Part shown: piece by piece, positions 45,959 through 54,197 of the stretch
How the letters are laid out: every line of letters starts with the position of its first letter
Numbering within the stretch: the first letter of the stretch is position 1
Assembly (NCBI GenBank): GCA_902806345.1
Contig: CADCWF010000276.1
Location: 596-64,595, forward strand
Reading direction: 5' to 3'
Source of the DNA: an uncultured Thermomicrobiales bacterium
GTDB lineage: Bacteria > Chloroflexota > Chloroflexia > Thermomicrobiales > UBA6265
DNA length: 64,000 bases
Position numbers and translations under genes: made by a program
Notes under the pieces: generated by a model
What the model was told of the DNA's origin: nothing
The model's database searches: none
The model's input: only the letters and a program-made list of their open reading frames with translations

Positions 45959-46915
45959 ATGATTGCCCGCCATTCGTCCCTGACCGTCGATGCCCTGCCG
46001 CCGCTGCCGCTGGCCGAGTGGCGCCCGACCAAAGAGACCCTCCACCGCTACGCCCAGGTCGTCGGCAAGGTGCGCCTGGAGCACACGCCCTACCAGAACC
46101 ACTGGTGGCACGCGCCGCTGCACGTGACGCCGGTCGGCCTCCGGGCGCCCCACATGGTCGGCGGCGACCGCTCGTTCGAGATCGCGCTCGACCTGGCCGC
46201 CCACGAGGCGACCGTCGTCGCCAGCACCGGCGACCGCGCTGCGTTCGCGTTGCGGGACGGGTTGTCGGTCGCGGAGTTCTACCGGAGCCTGCTGGCCGCC
46301 CTCGGCGACATCGGCGTCCCGGTCGAGCTGGCCAACCCGCGCCCGTTCGACCTGGGCGACGACCGGCCGTTCGCGGAGGACGCCGAGCACGCCGCCTACG
46401 ACGCCGCGGCCGTCGGGCGGTACCGGCGGATCCTGGTCTGGGTGGACCACGTCTTCCGGGCCTACGGTGGCCGCTTCTCCGGCAAGACGAGCCCCGTCCA
46501 CCTGTTCTGGCACGGCTTCGACCTGGCCGTGACCCGCTTCTCGGGGCGGGCCGTACCGGTCCCGCCCGAAGCCACCCTCCTCAACCGCGAGGGCTACTCG
46601 CACGAGGTCATCTCGTTCGGCTTCTGGCCGGGCGACGCCAACGTCCCCGACCCCGCCTTCTACGCCTACGCCGCGCCGGCCCCGGCCGGGCTCGACCAGC
46701 AGCCCCTCCGCCCACCGGCCGCGGCCTGGCAGCCGGGCGGGATGGCCGTGCTGATGTACGAGGAGGTGCGGACCAGCCCGACGCCGGAGGAGACGCTGCT
46801 GGAGTTCATGGAGAGCGTCTACCAGGCCGGGGCCGCGGCCGCGAACTGGGACGCGGCGGCGCTGCGGATCGAGCCGGCGCGTTGGCGCGTGGCGGAGACC
46901 GGGGCGGCCCGATGA
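45959..46915 (+). CDS. Conserved hypothetical protein (DUF5996-like)
   Basis: Track ORF of 318 aa. WRPTKETLHRYAQVVGKVRLEHTPYQNHWWHAPLHV matches my recollection of the DUF5996 N-terminus. Confidence 0.6.
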   Translation: MIARHSSLTVDALPPLPLAEWRPTKETLHRYAQVVGKVRLEHTPYQNHWWHAPLHVTPVGLRAPHMVGGDRSFEIALDLAAHEATVVASTGDRAAFALRDGLSVAEFYRSLLAALGDIGVPVELANPRPFDLGDDRPFAEDAEHAAYDAAAVGRYRRILVWVDHVFRAYGGRFSGKTSPVHLFWHGFDLAVTRFSGRAVPVPPEATLLNREGYSHEVISFGFWPGDANVPDPAFYAYAAPAPAGLDQQPLRPPAAAWQPGGMAVLMYEEVRTSPTPEETLLEFMESVYQAGAAAANWDAAALRIEPARWRVAETGAAR

Positions 46916-48117
46916 CCGCCGCCGCGGCGGCGGTCGCCCGGCCGGCGACCGCCGCCGCAAGCACGGGCGAGGCCGAGGCCGAGGGCGACGACGCAGGCGA
47001 GCAGCGCGTCACGTCGCTGGAGCTCTTCTTCGACCTGGTCTTCGTCTTCGCGCTGACCCAGGTGACCGGGTTCCTCGCCGCTCACCTGAGCTGGACGGGC
47101 ATGCTCCAGGGCGCGGCAATCCTGGCGACCCTCTGGTGGGCCTGGGCGGCCTACTCGTGGCTGACCGACGCCGTCTCGACCGAGGAGGCGATTCCCGCCC
47201 GGATCGTCGTCCTGACCGCGATGGCCGCCATGCTGGTCGCCTCGCTCGCCGTCCCCGACGCGTTCGGTCAGAACGGCCTCCTCTTCGGCCTCGCCTACTT
47301 CGTCGTCTGGGCGCTGCAGGTACTCCTGTTCGTCGTCGCCAGCGGCGACACCCCGGCGGCGCGGCGGGCGATCCTGCGGCTGGCGCCGGGGTTCCTCAGC
47401 TCCCCCGTGCTCCTGATCGCGGCCGGGTTGACCGACGGCCCGCTCCAGGCGGCGCTGTGGGTGGCGGCGATCGCGTTCAATGTCGGGGTCGCCTACGTCG
47501 GCGGGGTGGCCGGGTTCCGGGTCCACGCGGCGCACTTCCACGAGCGGCACGGCCTGGTCGTCATCATCGCCCTCGGTGAGACGATCGTCTCGGTCGGCGT
47601 CGGCGCGGCCGGGCTGCCGCTCGATGCCGGCGTCGTCGGCGGCGCCCTCCTCGGCATCCTCCTCGTCGCCGGGCTCTGGTGGGCCTACTTCGACCTGACG
47701 ACGCACTACGCCGAGCGGGACCTGGTCGCGGCGACGGGCGAGGAGCGGGCGAAGCTCGCCCGCGACGCCTACACCGGGCTCCACCTGCCGCTGATCGCCG
47801 GGGTCATCTTCGCCGCCCTCGGCCTGAAAAAGACCCTGGCCCACGTCGGCGACCCGCTCGAACTGATCCCAGCCGTGGCCCTCTGCGGCGGCGTCGCGCT
47901 TTACCTGCTCGCCCACAACGCGTTCCGGTTCCGCCTCGTCCGCTCCGTCAGTGGCGCCCGGCTGGTCGTCGCTGCCCTCTGCCTGGCGTTGATCCCGGTG
48001 GCGGGGTCGATCGCCGCCCTGTCGACCCTGGCCGTTCTCTGCGGGCTCGTCGTCGGCCTCAACACCTGGGAGACGGCGCGCGCCGGCGAAGAACGCCGGG
48101 CGATGCGGGCCCACTGA
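46912..48117 (+). CDS. ltrA: Low temperature requirement protein A (LtrA) family membrane protein
   Basis: ATGA overlap with the upstream stop. ERVTSLELFFDLVFVFALTQV signature. Polytopic. Only the tail of track ORF 44809..48117 is real. Confidence 0.8.
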   Translation: MTAAAAAVARPATAAASTGEAEAEGDDAGEQRVTSLELFFDLVFVFALTQVTGFLAAHLSWTGMLQGAAILATLWWAWAAYSWLTDAVSTEEAIPARIVVLTAMAAMLVASLAVPDAFGQNGLLFGLAYFVVWALQVLLFVVASGDTPAARRAILRLAPGFLSSPVLLIAAGLTDGPLQAALWVAAIAFNVGVAYVGGVAGFRVHAAHFHERHGLVVIIALGETIVSVGVGAAGLPLDAGVVGGALLGILLVAGLWWAYFDLTTHYAERDLVAATGEERAKLARDAYTGLHLPLIAGVIFAALGLKKTLAHVGDPLELIPAVALCGGVALYLLAHNAFRFRLVRSVSGARLVVAALCLALIPVAGSIAALSTLAVLCGLVVGLNTWETARAGEERRAMRAH

Positions 48118-48276
48118 CGCGGGTCGGTCGCGACCGTCCTTGCCGGACCGCTGGCGCCGCCCTCGGCTCGGCCGAGCCTGGCCCATAATCACCCCGGCGC
48201 GGGCCACCGCCGGCCCTCGGCTGGTCGTGGTGTCGCCCGGAGGCGGCGCCTCGCGGATGGGCTACGCGGCGAGGAG

Positions 48277-48795
48277 GTGCGATCGATGGGTGAACGCGAC
48301 GCCGACGAGAACGCGCCCGAGCGCGAAACCTCGACGCAGCGGCGGGCCAGGATCCACGCCGAGCGGGAGGCGGAGCGAGCCGAACGCCGGGCCGCGCGGA
48401 AAGCGGAACGAGCGCCCCTCCAGGAAGAACGCGCGGCCGAGCGGGCGCCGATCCGCGAGGAGCGCGCGGCCAGGCGGGAGCCGGTGCGGGCCGAGCGCAA
48501 GGCGGAACGGGAGGAGCGGGATGTCGAACGGGCGCCCGAGCGGGCGGAGCGGCAGGCGGCGCGGGACGAACGCCGGGCCTCGCGGGACGCGGCGCGCGGC
48601 TCCGGCCGGGCGCGGCGCCGAGCAGACGGGGAGCCGGGCCGGGCGGACCAGCCTGGGCCGTCGGGGGAGCAAGCGGGCCAAGCAACCGCCGCCTCGCCGC
48701 CAAGCCCTGCGCCAGCAGCGTCTCGGGAGTCGCCGGCCGAGCCGTCGGCGTCCGCCAAACGCCCCTGGTGGCGGCGGATCGTGGGCGAGCCCTAA
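48277..48795 (+). CDS. Glu/Arg/Ala-rich low-complexity protein, hypothetical
   Basis: Track ORF of 172 aa with degenerate ERAER/AERAP repeats. Moderately high GC3. All six frames are open here, so coding status is uncertain. Confidence 0.35.
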   Translation: MRSMGERDADENAPERETSTQRRARIHAEREAERAERRAARKAERAPLQEERAAERAPIREERAARREPVRAERKAEREERDVERAPERAERQAARDERRASRDAARGSGRARRRADGEPGRADQPGPSGEQAGQATAASPPSPAPAASRESPAEPSASAKRPWWRRIVGEP

Positions 48796-48911
48796 CGGTG
48801 CGTCCCCGGGGTCTCGGTGATGGCCTCCGGCTGTCAACGGTCGGGCCGAACCGGTCCAGAAACGAGTCCCGCCCTTCGATTGCCCCGTGAGCCAGGGTCC
48901 GGAAGCCCCAT

Positions 48912-49769
48912 TCAGGTCGACAGCGACAATCCCGCCCACAGGTCGGCCTCGTCCGGCAAGGCCGTTCCCGGGGTGGGCGGCGGGTCGAGGCGGACGAAGA
49001 AGTCGACCGCCATCCAGTTCCGCACCACGGTCTCCGGGAGCTCGACGAACGGGTTACCCGGCCCGTACTGGGTCTGGTGGGCGCGGAGGGCCGCCCACCG
49101 CCGGGGCCAGAGGTCGTCGACCGGCACGGCGGTCGTGATCCGCTCGTCGGGGGTGCCCATCTCCGCCGCCGCGATGCCCTGGACATCGCCGAAGTCGAGC
49201 GCGGGGAAGCCGTGGCGGACCAGGTCGGCGTTCATCCGCGCCATCGCCGAGCGCGGGTAGCCGGTCGCGTAGAGCTTGTCCGGGCGGTGACCGGCGGCGG
49301 TCGCACCGTCCTCCCGCGGCCCCGCCTCGGCAGCGGCGGCGACGGCGGCGAGCGTAGCCCGGTGGATCGCGATGTGGTCGGCGTGGCCGTAGCCGCCGTT
49401 GGCGTCGAAGGTGACCACCACCCGCGGCCGGAGGGACCGGATCGCGGCGGCAACCCGACCGGCCAGTTCGTCCTGGTTCGCCGCGGCCAGGCGGCCATCG
49501 CCGTAGTCGAGCAGGGTCGGCTCGGCGAACCCGAGGAGACGGCAGGCTTCCCGCAGCTCCTCCTCGCGGACGGCGGCGAGCGTCTCCAGCGTCGCCAACG
49601 TTGGGTCGGCGATCTGGCCCGCGTCCCCCCGCGTCGCGCACAGGACGTGGACGGTCACCCCACGCTCGGCGCAGCGGAGTAGTGCCCCCGCGGTCCCGAA
49701 CTCTTCGTCGTCGGGGTGGGCGAAGACGGCCAGGAGCACGGACGGTTTCGGGTCGTCGACGGTGGTCAT
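48912..49769 (-). CDS. PIG-L family deacetylase (LmbE/MshB/BshB-like)
   Basis: Internal ATG at 49769. VLLAVFAHPDDEEFGTAG signature and HADH motif. Confidence 0.85.
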   Translation of the reverse strand: MTTVDDPKPSVLLAVFAHPDDEEFGTAGALLRCAERGVTVHVLCATRGDAGQIADPTLATLETLAAVREEELREACRLLGFAEPTLLDYGDGRLAAANQDELAGRVAAAIRSLRPRVVVTFDANGGYGHADHIAIHRATLAAVAAAAEAGPREDGATAAGHRPDKLYATGYPRSAMARMNADLVRHGFPALDFGDVQGIAAAEMGTPDERITTAVPVDDLWPRRWAALRAHQTQYGPGNPFVELPETVVRNWMAVDFFVRLDPPPTPGTALPDEADLWAGLSLST

Positions 49770-49938
49770 CGGTGACACCCCCGGTTCACGGACGGGTCGA
49801 GCGGGCGCGTCTCGTCGCGAGCATGACCGGGGTTGGTCGCGATCCTGGTCGCGCCAAGCCAACGAGACGTCCGGCCGACCAACGACCGCCACTCCTTCCG
49901 GCCCATGGTAAACTCGCCGGCACAATTGGTTGGTATGC

Positions 49939-50009
49939 GGCGCCATAGCCAAGCGGTAAGGCACGGGTTTGCAAAACCCTGATCGGCGGTTCGAATCCGC
50001 CTGGCGCCT
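49939..50009 (+). tRNA. tRNA-Cys (GCA)
   Basis: Acceptor ggcgcca/tggcgcc. T arm ggcgg-ttcgaat-ccgcc. Anticodon loop ttGCAaa. Short D arm and 4-nt variable loop. No encoded CCA. Confidence 0.85.
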
Positions 50010-50086
50010 CCGAGACGGCACCCCCAACGGGTGCCGTCGCCGTTTCCGGCCTCCCCTCCCCGCTTGGCCACCTATCAGGAGCCGCC

Positions 50087-50737
50087 GTGGCCGGCCGTGA
50101 CGGTGACCGTGCCAACCCCCCAACCCCGATTCTGCCCGAGCCGGATCCGGACTCGGGGTCCGAGCCGCCCCGCCCCGTCACCCTCGCCAGCCGCCGTGGC
50201 TTCGACGGCAAGCACCTCCACGTCCGGGTCGATGCCGTCCGCCTCCCCTCCGGCCGCGAGAGCGTTCGCGAGGTCGTCGAGCACCCCGGCTCGGTCGCCG
50301 TCGTCGCCCTGACCGCCGCCGACGAGCTGATCCTGATCCGCCAGTTCCACCACGCCATCGGCCGCGCCCTGCTTGGGTTGCCGGCTGGCACCGCCGAGCC
50401 GGGCGAGCGCCCCGAGGAGACGGCGCGCCGCGAGCTGCGGGAGGAGACCGGCTACGCCGCCGCCGCCATCTCGCCGCTGATCGACTTCTTCGTCTCCCCC
50501 GGCTACACCGACGAGCGGATGACGCTGGTGCTGGCCGAGGGGTGCGCTCGCGTCGGCGACATCGCCGGCCCGGACGAGTCGCTGGTGCCGACCCTCGTGC
50601 CGATGGTCGAGGCCGAGGCGTTGCTGGGGGCAGGGCCGGAGCGGTTGGCCGAGACGAAGACGCTGGTCGGCCTCCTCCTGCTGCTGCGACGACGAGCTGG
50701 CCGCGACGCGAAGGGGAGCGGGACCGCCGCCGGCTGA
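50087..50737 (+). CDS. NUDIX hydrolase (ADP-ribose pyrophosphatase-like)
   Basis: GTG follows AGGAG. Nudix box GLPAGTAEPGERPEETARRELREETGY. Confidence 0.85.
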   Translation: MAGRDGDRANPPTPILPEPDPDSGSEPPRPVTLASRRGFDGKHLHVRVDAVRLPSGRESVREVVEHPGSVAVVALTAADELILIRQFHHAIGRALLGLPAGTAEPGERPEETARRELREETGYAAAAISPLIDFFVSPGYTDERMTLVLAEGCARVGDIAGPDESLVPTLVPMVEAEALLGAGPERLAETKTLVGLLLLLRRRAGRDAKGSGTAAG

Positions 50738-50887
50738 TGCATCCGTTCCCGGTCACCGGGCGTATGTCGGATAATCCGTCCCCGCGCGGCCCCGGCCGGT
50801 GCTTCGGATTGCGCCCGCCCCTCCCGTCGCACCGCTCCGTCCCGGTCACGATCTCGCCGGTCCCCGCGGCGGTTCTCGGAGGACGCC

Positions 50888-51163
50888 ATGGTCCAAGATC
50901 GCACCCGCATCCACCACCCCCGCCCCGAGGCGGTCCCCCCAGCTCGTGCCGGTGGCGCCTCCCACGCGGCGATCGATCTCCACGCTGCCGAGGCGCTCGC
51001 CGCCGCGATGACGGGCTGGGACGACGACGAGGTGGAATGCTACCGGGAGGCGGTCGCCGCCGAGGTAGCCCGCCTCGGCGCCGCAGCGCCGGACGGCTTC
51101 CTCGCCGCCGAGGTGCTGGCGCTCGCCTGGATTGACGCGGCCACCGAGGCTCTCCCTGCCTGA
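50888..51163 (+). CDS. Hypothetical protein (91 aa)
   Basis: ATG follows GGAGGA. High GC3. No recognisable domain. Confidence 0.45.
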   Translation: MVQDRTRIHHPRPEAVPPARAGGASHAAIDLHAAEALAAAMTGWDDDEVECYREAVAAEVARLGAAAPDGFLAAEVLALAWIDAATEALPA

Positions 51164-51237
51164 GCCCCGAGGACGTGCCCTCGCCCTCCGAGATTGGTCC
51201 GGCCCCGTTTGTCGCCTACCCGTCCGGCGGCTGCGCG

Positions 51238-51290
51238 GCCGAGCCCGGCGCTAGAGCACCGGCTGATGCCATGAAGCCCCATGAATGGGG
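51238..51290 (+). repeat. 53-nt repeat unit, copy 1
   Basis: gccgagcccggcgctagagcaccggctgatgccatgaagccccatgaatgggg. About 80% identical to 63651-63704, in the same orientation. Ends in a small hairpin. Confidence 0.7.
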
Positions 51291-51467
51291 AGGACCGCGG
51301 AGCGGTTGCTGCAGTCCGCACCGGCGAGGCAATCGCTAACAGGGTACCGAGGGCGACCTACGCTAGTCGGACAATCCGGCCTGACCGCGCTCATCCAGCA
51401 TCGCTCTCTCGCCCGGGAGGGGTAACACCGGTAGCTCTGGTCACGCACTCCGTAGCCCAATCAAATG

Positions 51468-52772
51468 TCACCCGGCCACAGGGACCAACTCGATCGTCCG
51501 CTCGATCCGAAACGAGAGCGCGGCGTGCGCCTGCCGCAGGGATGCTTCGGCCGCTGCCGGCGTCGCGCCGCGGGCGAAGAGGAAGCCGAGGTAGCTCGAC
51601 GCCTCCGGCAGCGCGGCCAGCGGTTGGTTGGGCTTGGCGGTGATCTCCAGCCCCGTCACCCCGGGGACGGCGCGAGCGGCGTCCTCGCCGCTCCAGCCGC
51701 GCAGCAGCCCCGCCCGCGGGATCGGGATCATCATCACCCCGGCCGCCTCCCCAGCTTGCTCCGACGGCGGCGGCAGATCCCAGCCGACCGCGTGGCGGAG
51801 GATCAGCGCCTCCAGCGTCGTCCCCAGCCCGAACTCCAGCACGCTCGAGCAGAGACCGCCGATCGAGCGGCCGGCCAGCTCGATCGGCCAGATTCCCTCG
51901 TCGTTGATCCGCAACTCGGCGTGGACGGGGCCCTCGCGCAGACCGACGGCGGCGGCGGCCTCGGCGGTCCGAGCCGAGATGGCGACCTGGGTTCTCGTCG
52001 GCAGGCGTGACGGGGTGACGTAAATCGTCTCTTCAAAGAAGGGGCCGTCGAGCGGGTCGGGCTTGTCGAAGATCGCCAGCGTCCGCAGGTCGCCCCCGGT
52101 CAGCAAGCCTTCGACGGCGACCTCGACCCCCGGCAGGTACTCCTCGACGAGCAGGTAGGCGGCCTCGGGTGGCGGCGCCTCCGCCTCGACGATTCGCCGC
52201 GTCCTCGACCAGGCGGCTGCGAAGGTGGCGGCATCGTCGGCGCGGATGACACCGCGGCTGCCGGAGAGCCGGAGCGGCTTGACCACGCAGGGAAAGCCGG
52301 GGCTGGCCGCGACTTCCCGCGCGACCTCCTCGGGGGCGGCCTCGAGCGGGAACCGGCGGTAAGCGGGAACGGGCACGCCGGCCGCGGCGAAGCGCTCCCG
52401 CATCACCCACTTGTCGCGAGCGGCCAGCGCCGCCCCCGAGTCGTTGGCGGGGAAGCCGAGGCGGTTGGCGGCGCGGGCGGCCAGCAGGGTCGCCGCATCG
52501 TCAACTGCCAGCACCGCGGCGAAGGGGTCGGCGGCGTGGAGTGTGGCGATCGTCTCGACCGCCGCCTCCGGATTGGCGAAGTCGAGCGCCGCCTCGACGC
52601 CCCACTCCTCGGCGAGGGCATTCGGCAGATCGAGCCCGCGGACCACCTCAAGGCCGAGGCGCTCCGCGGCGGCCACGAAGGCGGGGGCGCGGTAGGAGGT
52701 CGGGCCATGGAGCAGCAGCACCCGGGGCCGCAACCCCAGTCTGGCCAGCTCCCCGCCCCCGCCCCGGTCCAT
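51468..52772 (-). CDS. ATP-grasp domain ligase (carboxylate-amine/L-amino-acid ligase-like)
   Basis: Pre-ATP-grasp plus ATP-grasp architecture (PCVVKPLRLSGSRGV, LLVEEYLPGVEVAVEG, PVHAELRINDEGIWPIELAGR). The start is at 52772 (4 nt after the upstream ORF stop) or at 52808. Confidence 0.8.
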   Translation of the reverse strand: MDRGGGGELARLGLRPRVLLLHGPTSYRAPAFVAAAERLGLEVVRGLDLPNALAEEWGVEAALDFANPEAAVETIATLHAADPFAAVLAVDDAATLLAARAANRLGFPANDSGAALAARDKWVMRERFAAAGVPVPAYRRFPLEAAPEEVAREVAASPGFPCVVKPLRLSGSRGVIRADDAATFAAAWSRTRRIVEAEAPPPEAAYLLVEEYLPGVEVAVEGLLTGGDLRTLAIFDKPDPLDGPFFEETIYVTPSRLPTRTQVAISARTAEAAAAVGLREGPVHAELRINDEGIWPIELAGRSIGGLCSSVLEFGLGTTLEALILRHAVGWDLPPPSEQAGEAAGVMMIPIPRAGLLRGWSGEDAARAVPGVTGLEITAKPNQPLAALPEASSYLGFLFARGATPAAAEASLRQAHAALSFRIERTIELVPVAG

Positions 52773-52776
52773 CCGG

Positions 52777-53025
52777 TCAGGCACCCTCGCCCGAAGAAAC
52801 CGCCTCACGCGGCACCCCGAGGTCGCAGACGACGAGGGTGTAGACGCCGCCGGCGCCGTCCGGGGTGACGCTGATGTCGACGACCCGCAGGTTCGGGAAG
52901 CGGGAGCTCGCGCGATCCTTGGTCAGCCACTCGTTGACCGGGTTCATCGCCAGGCCCGGGTCGGCACTGGCGCTCGGGCTGTGGAACAGGAAGACGCGGG
53001 AGTTGGCGGGCACGAGGTTCATCAC
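52777..53025 (-). CDS. Small hypothetical protein (82 aa) immediately upstream of the ATP-grasp ligase
   Basis: Track ORF. GGAGG lies upstream. High GC3. MNLVPANSRVFLFHSPS...NEWLTKD...LRVVDISVTPDGAGGVYTLVVCD. No family recognised. Confidence 0.55.
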   Translation of the reverse strand: MMNLVPANSRVFLFHSPSASADPGLAMNPVNEWLTKDRASSRFPNLRVVDISVTPDGAGGVYTLVVCDLGVPREAVSSGEGA

Positions 53026-53218
53026 GGCAAGACGCCTCCGGGTTCACGGTTCGGGGTGCGGTCGGTCGGATCCGGCGAGGAGTATACGGGTCCGGCCGGA
53101 CCGGACCGCGGTCGGAGACCGGTTCTGGCCGACACTGGCCAGGGGTATCGATCTGACCGATCACGCCGAGCCGGCGAACGGGCTGGCCTCCTATCCCTTC
53201 GCGACGATCCGGTCGTCC

Positions 53219-53869
53219 CTAGCCGCCGGCACGGCCCAGCGCCACCGCTAGCAGGAGCGCCGCCACGACGAGGGCGATGTTCAGGCCGCGGGCGGTGGGA
53301 CGCAGCGTCTCCAGCAGCCCCATCGTCGCCTCCGGCTCCAGCTTGCGGGCGACGGGCCAGAGCGCCGTCGCCTGGCGGGCCAGGCCGAAGAGGGCGCCGG
53401 TCAGCAGCCCCCACCCGGGACCAGAAGTGAGTTGGAGCGCGAGCAGGACGAACAGCGCCGTGTGGTAGACGGGGGTGTAGAGGCCGCACCCCATCATCAG
53501 GCCCCAGATGGCGTAAATCCGCGACGGGGAGACCCCCCGCGCCCAGCGGCGCGGCACCTGCCGCTGCCGGCCGAGCTGGTAGACCGGCCGCGCCACCGCC
53601 ACCGCCAGCGCCGCCAGCGCGACGGCGCCGACGATCACCGCCCGCCAGGCACCAAGCCCAAGCAGGCTGCCAAGCAGCCCCAGCCCGAGGCCGACCGTGG
53701 CGCCGCCGACGACCGCGCCCAGCACGTGGACTGCGCCGTAGCGCCAGGCCCGGACGGCGTCTCCCCGACCGAGGAGACCGAGGCTCAGCCCCATGTTGAC
53801 CGTTCAGGGGACGTGGGCGTTCAACAACCCGACGAGGGCGGCGAAGAGGGGGAGCGCGACCACGGTCAT
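53219..53869 (-). CDS. DsbD/CcdA-superfamily (DsbD_2-like) polytopic membrane protein with an in-frame TGA (candidate selenocysteine, or a pseudogene)
   Basis: The tail of track ORF 53804..54688 (MTVVALPLFAALVGLLNAHVP) and ORF 53219..53794 (MGLSLGLL...) are in the same frame, separated only by TGA (53804-53806) plus 3 sense codons. The joined product is 216 aa with about 6 TM segments. The TGA follows Pro in TM1, and the only Cys is in TM4 (MMGCGLYTP...SGPGWGLLTGALFGLA). Confidence 0.55.
53759..53778 (-). other. Candidate SECIS-like hairpin downstream of the in-frame TGA
   Basis: The mRNA reads GUCUCCUC-GGUC-GGGGAGAC: an 8-bp stem including one G-U pair, with a GGUC loop starting 33 nt after the UGA. 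Confidence 0.35.
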
Positions 53870-54197
53870 CGGGCGGAGTACCTCAGCCTTGAGCGCGTTT
53901 GGAACCGCGGCGCCGGACCCCGCTCGACGACGAGACCGCCCCGGCCCAGCACCCGTCGTCGCATCGCCCGCCCGACCATCGGGGAACAACCGGCCGAGCG
54001 TGCTCGTCACGAACGCGGCGGCGAACGCCGGGAAGTCTAGGCGATCGGGGGACAGGAGGCCGCCCCAAGTCGTTGGCTCTGTCCGGGGCAGGCGCCTCCG
54101 GCCACGGGCTGAGTCAAACGGCCGGATGGCCTCATTTGCCGATGGGGATGCTCGGCCAGGGAGCAGACTCGCCGGCAGTCCCGAACTTCCCGCGGCG

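Noticed and set aside
44573-48117. A 795-aa minus-strand ORF and a 1102-aa plus-strand ORF across the MBL/DUF5996/LtrA region.
   Set aside because: The plus-strand ORF is real only from 46912 (LtrA). Upstream of that it is an alternative frame of the MBL and DUF5996-like genes. The minus-strand ORF is antisense noise.
51291-51467. Possible tmRNA, RNase P, SRP or riboswitch.
   Set aside because: I could not find the conserved cores of these RNAs by eye (for example the tRNA-like end of tmRNA, the RNase P GAGGAAAGUCC, or the SRP GGAAGCAGCC). It is kept only as an unexplained region.
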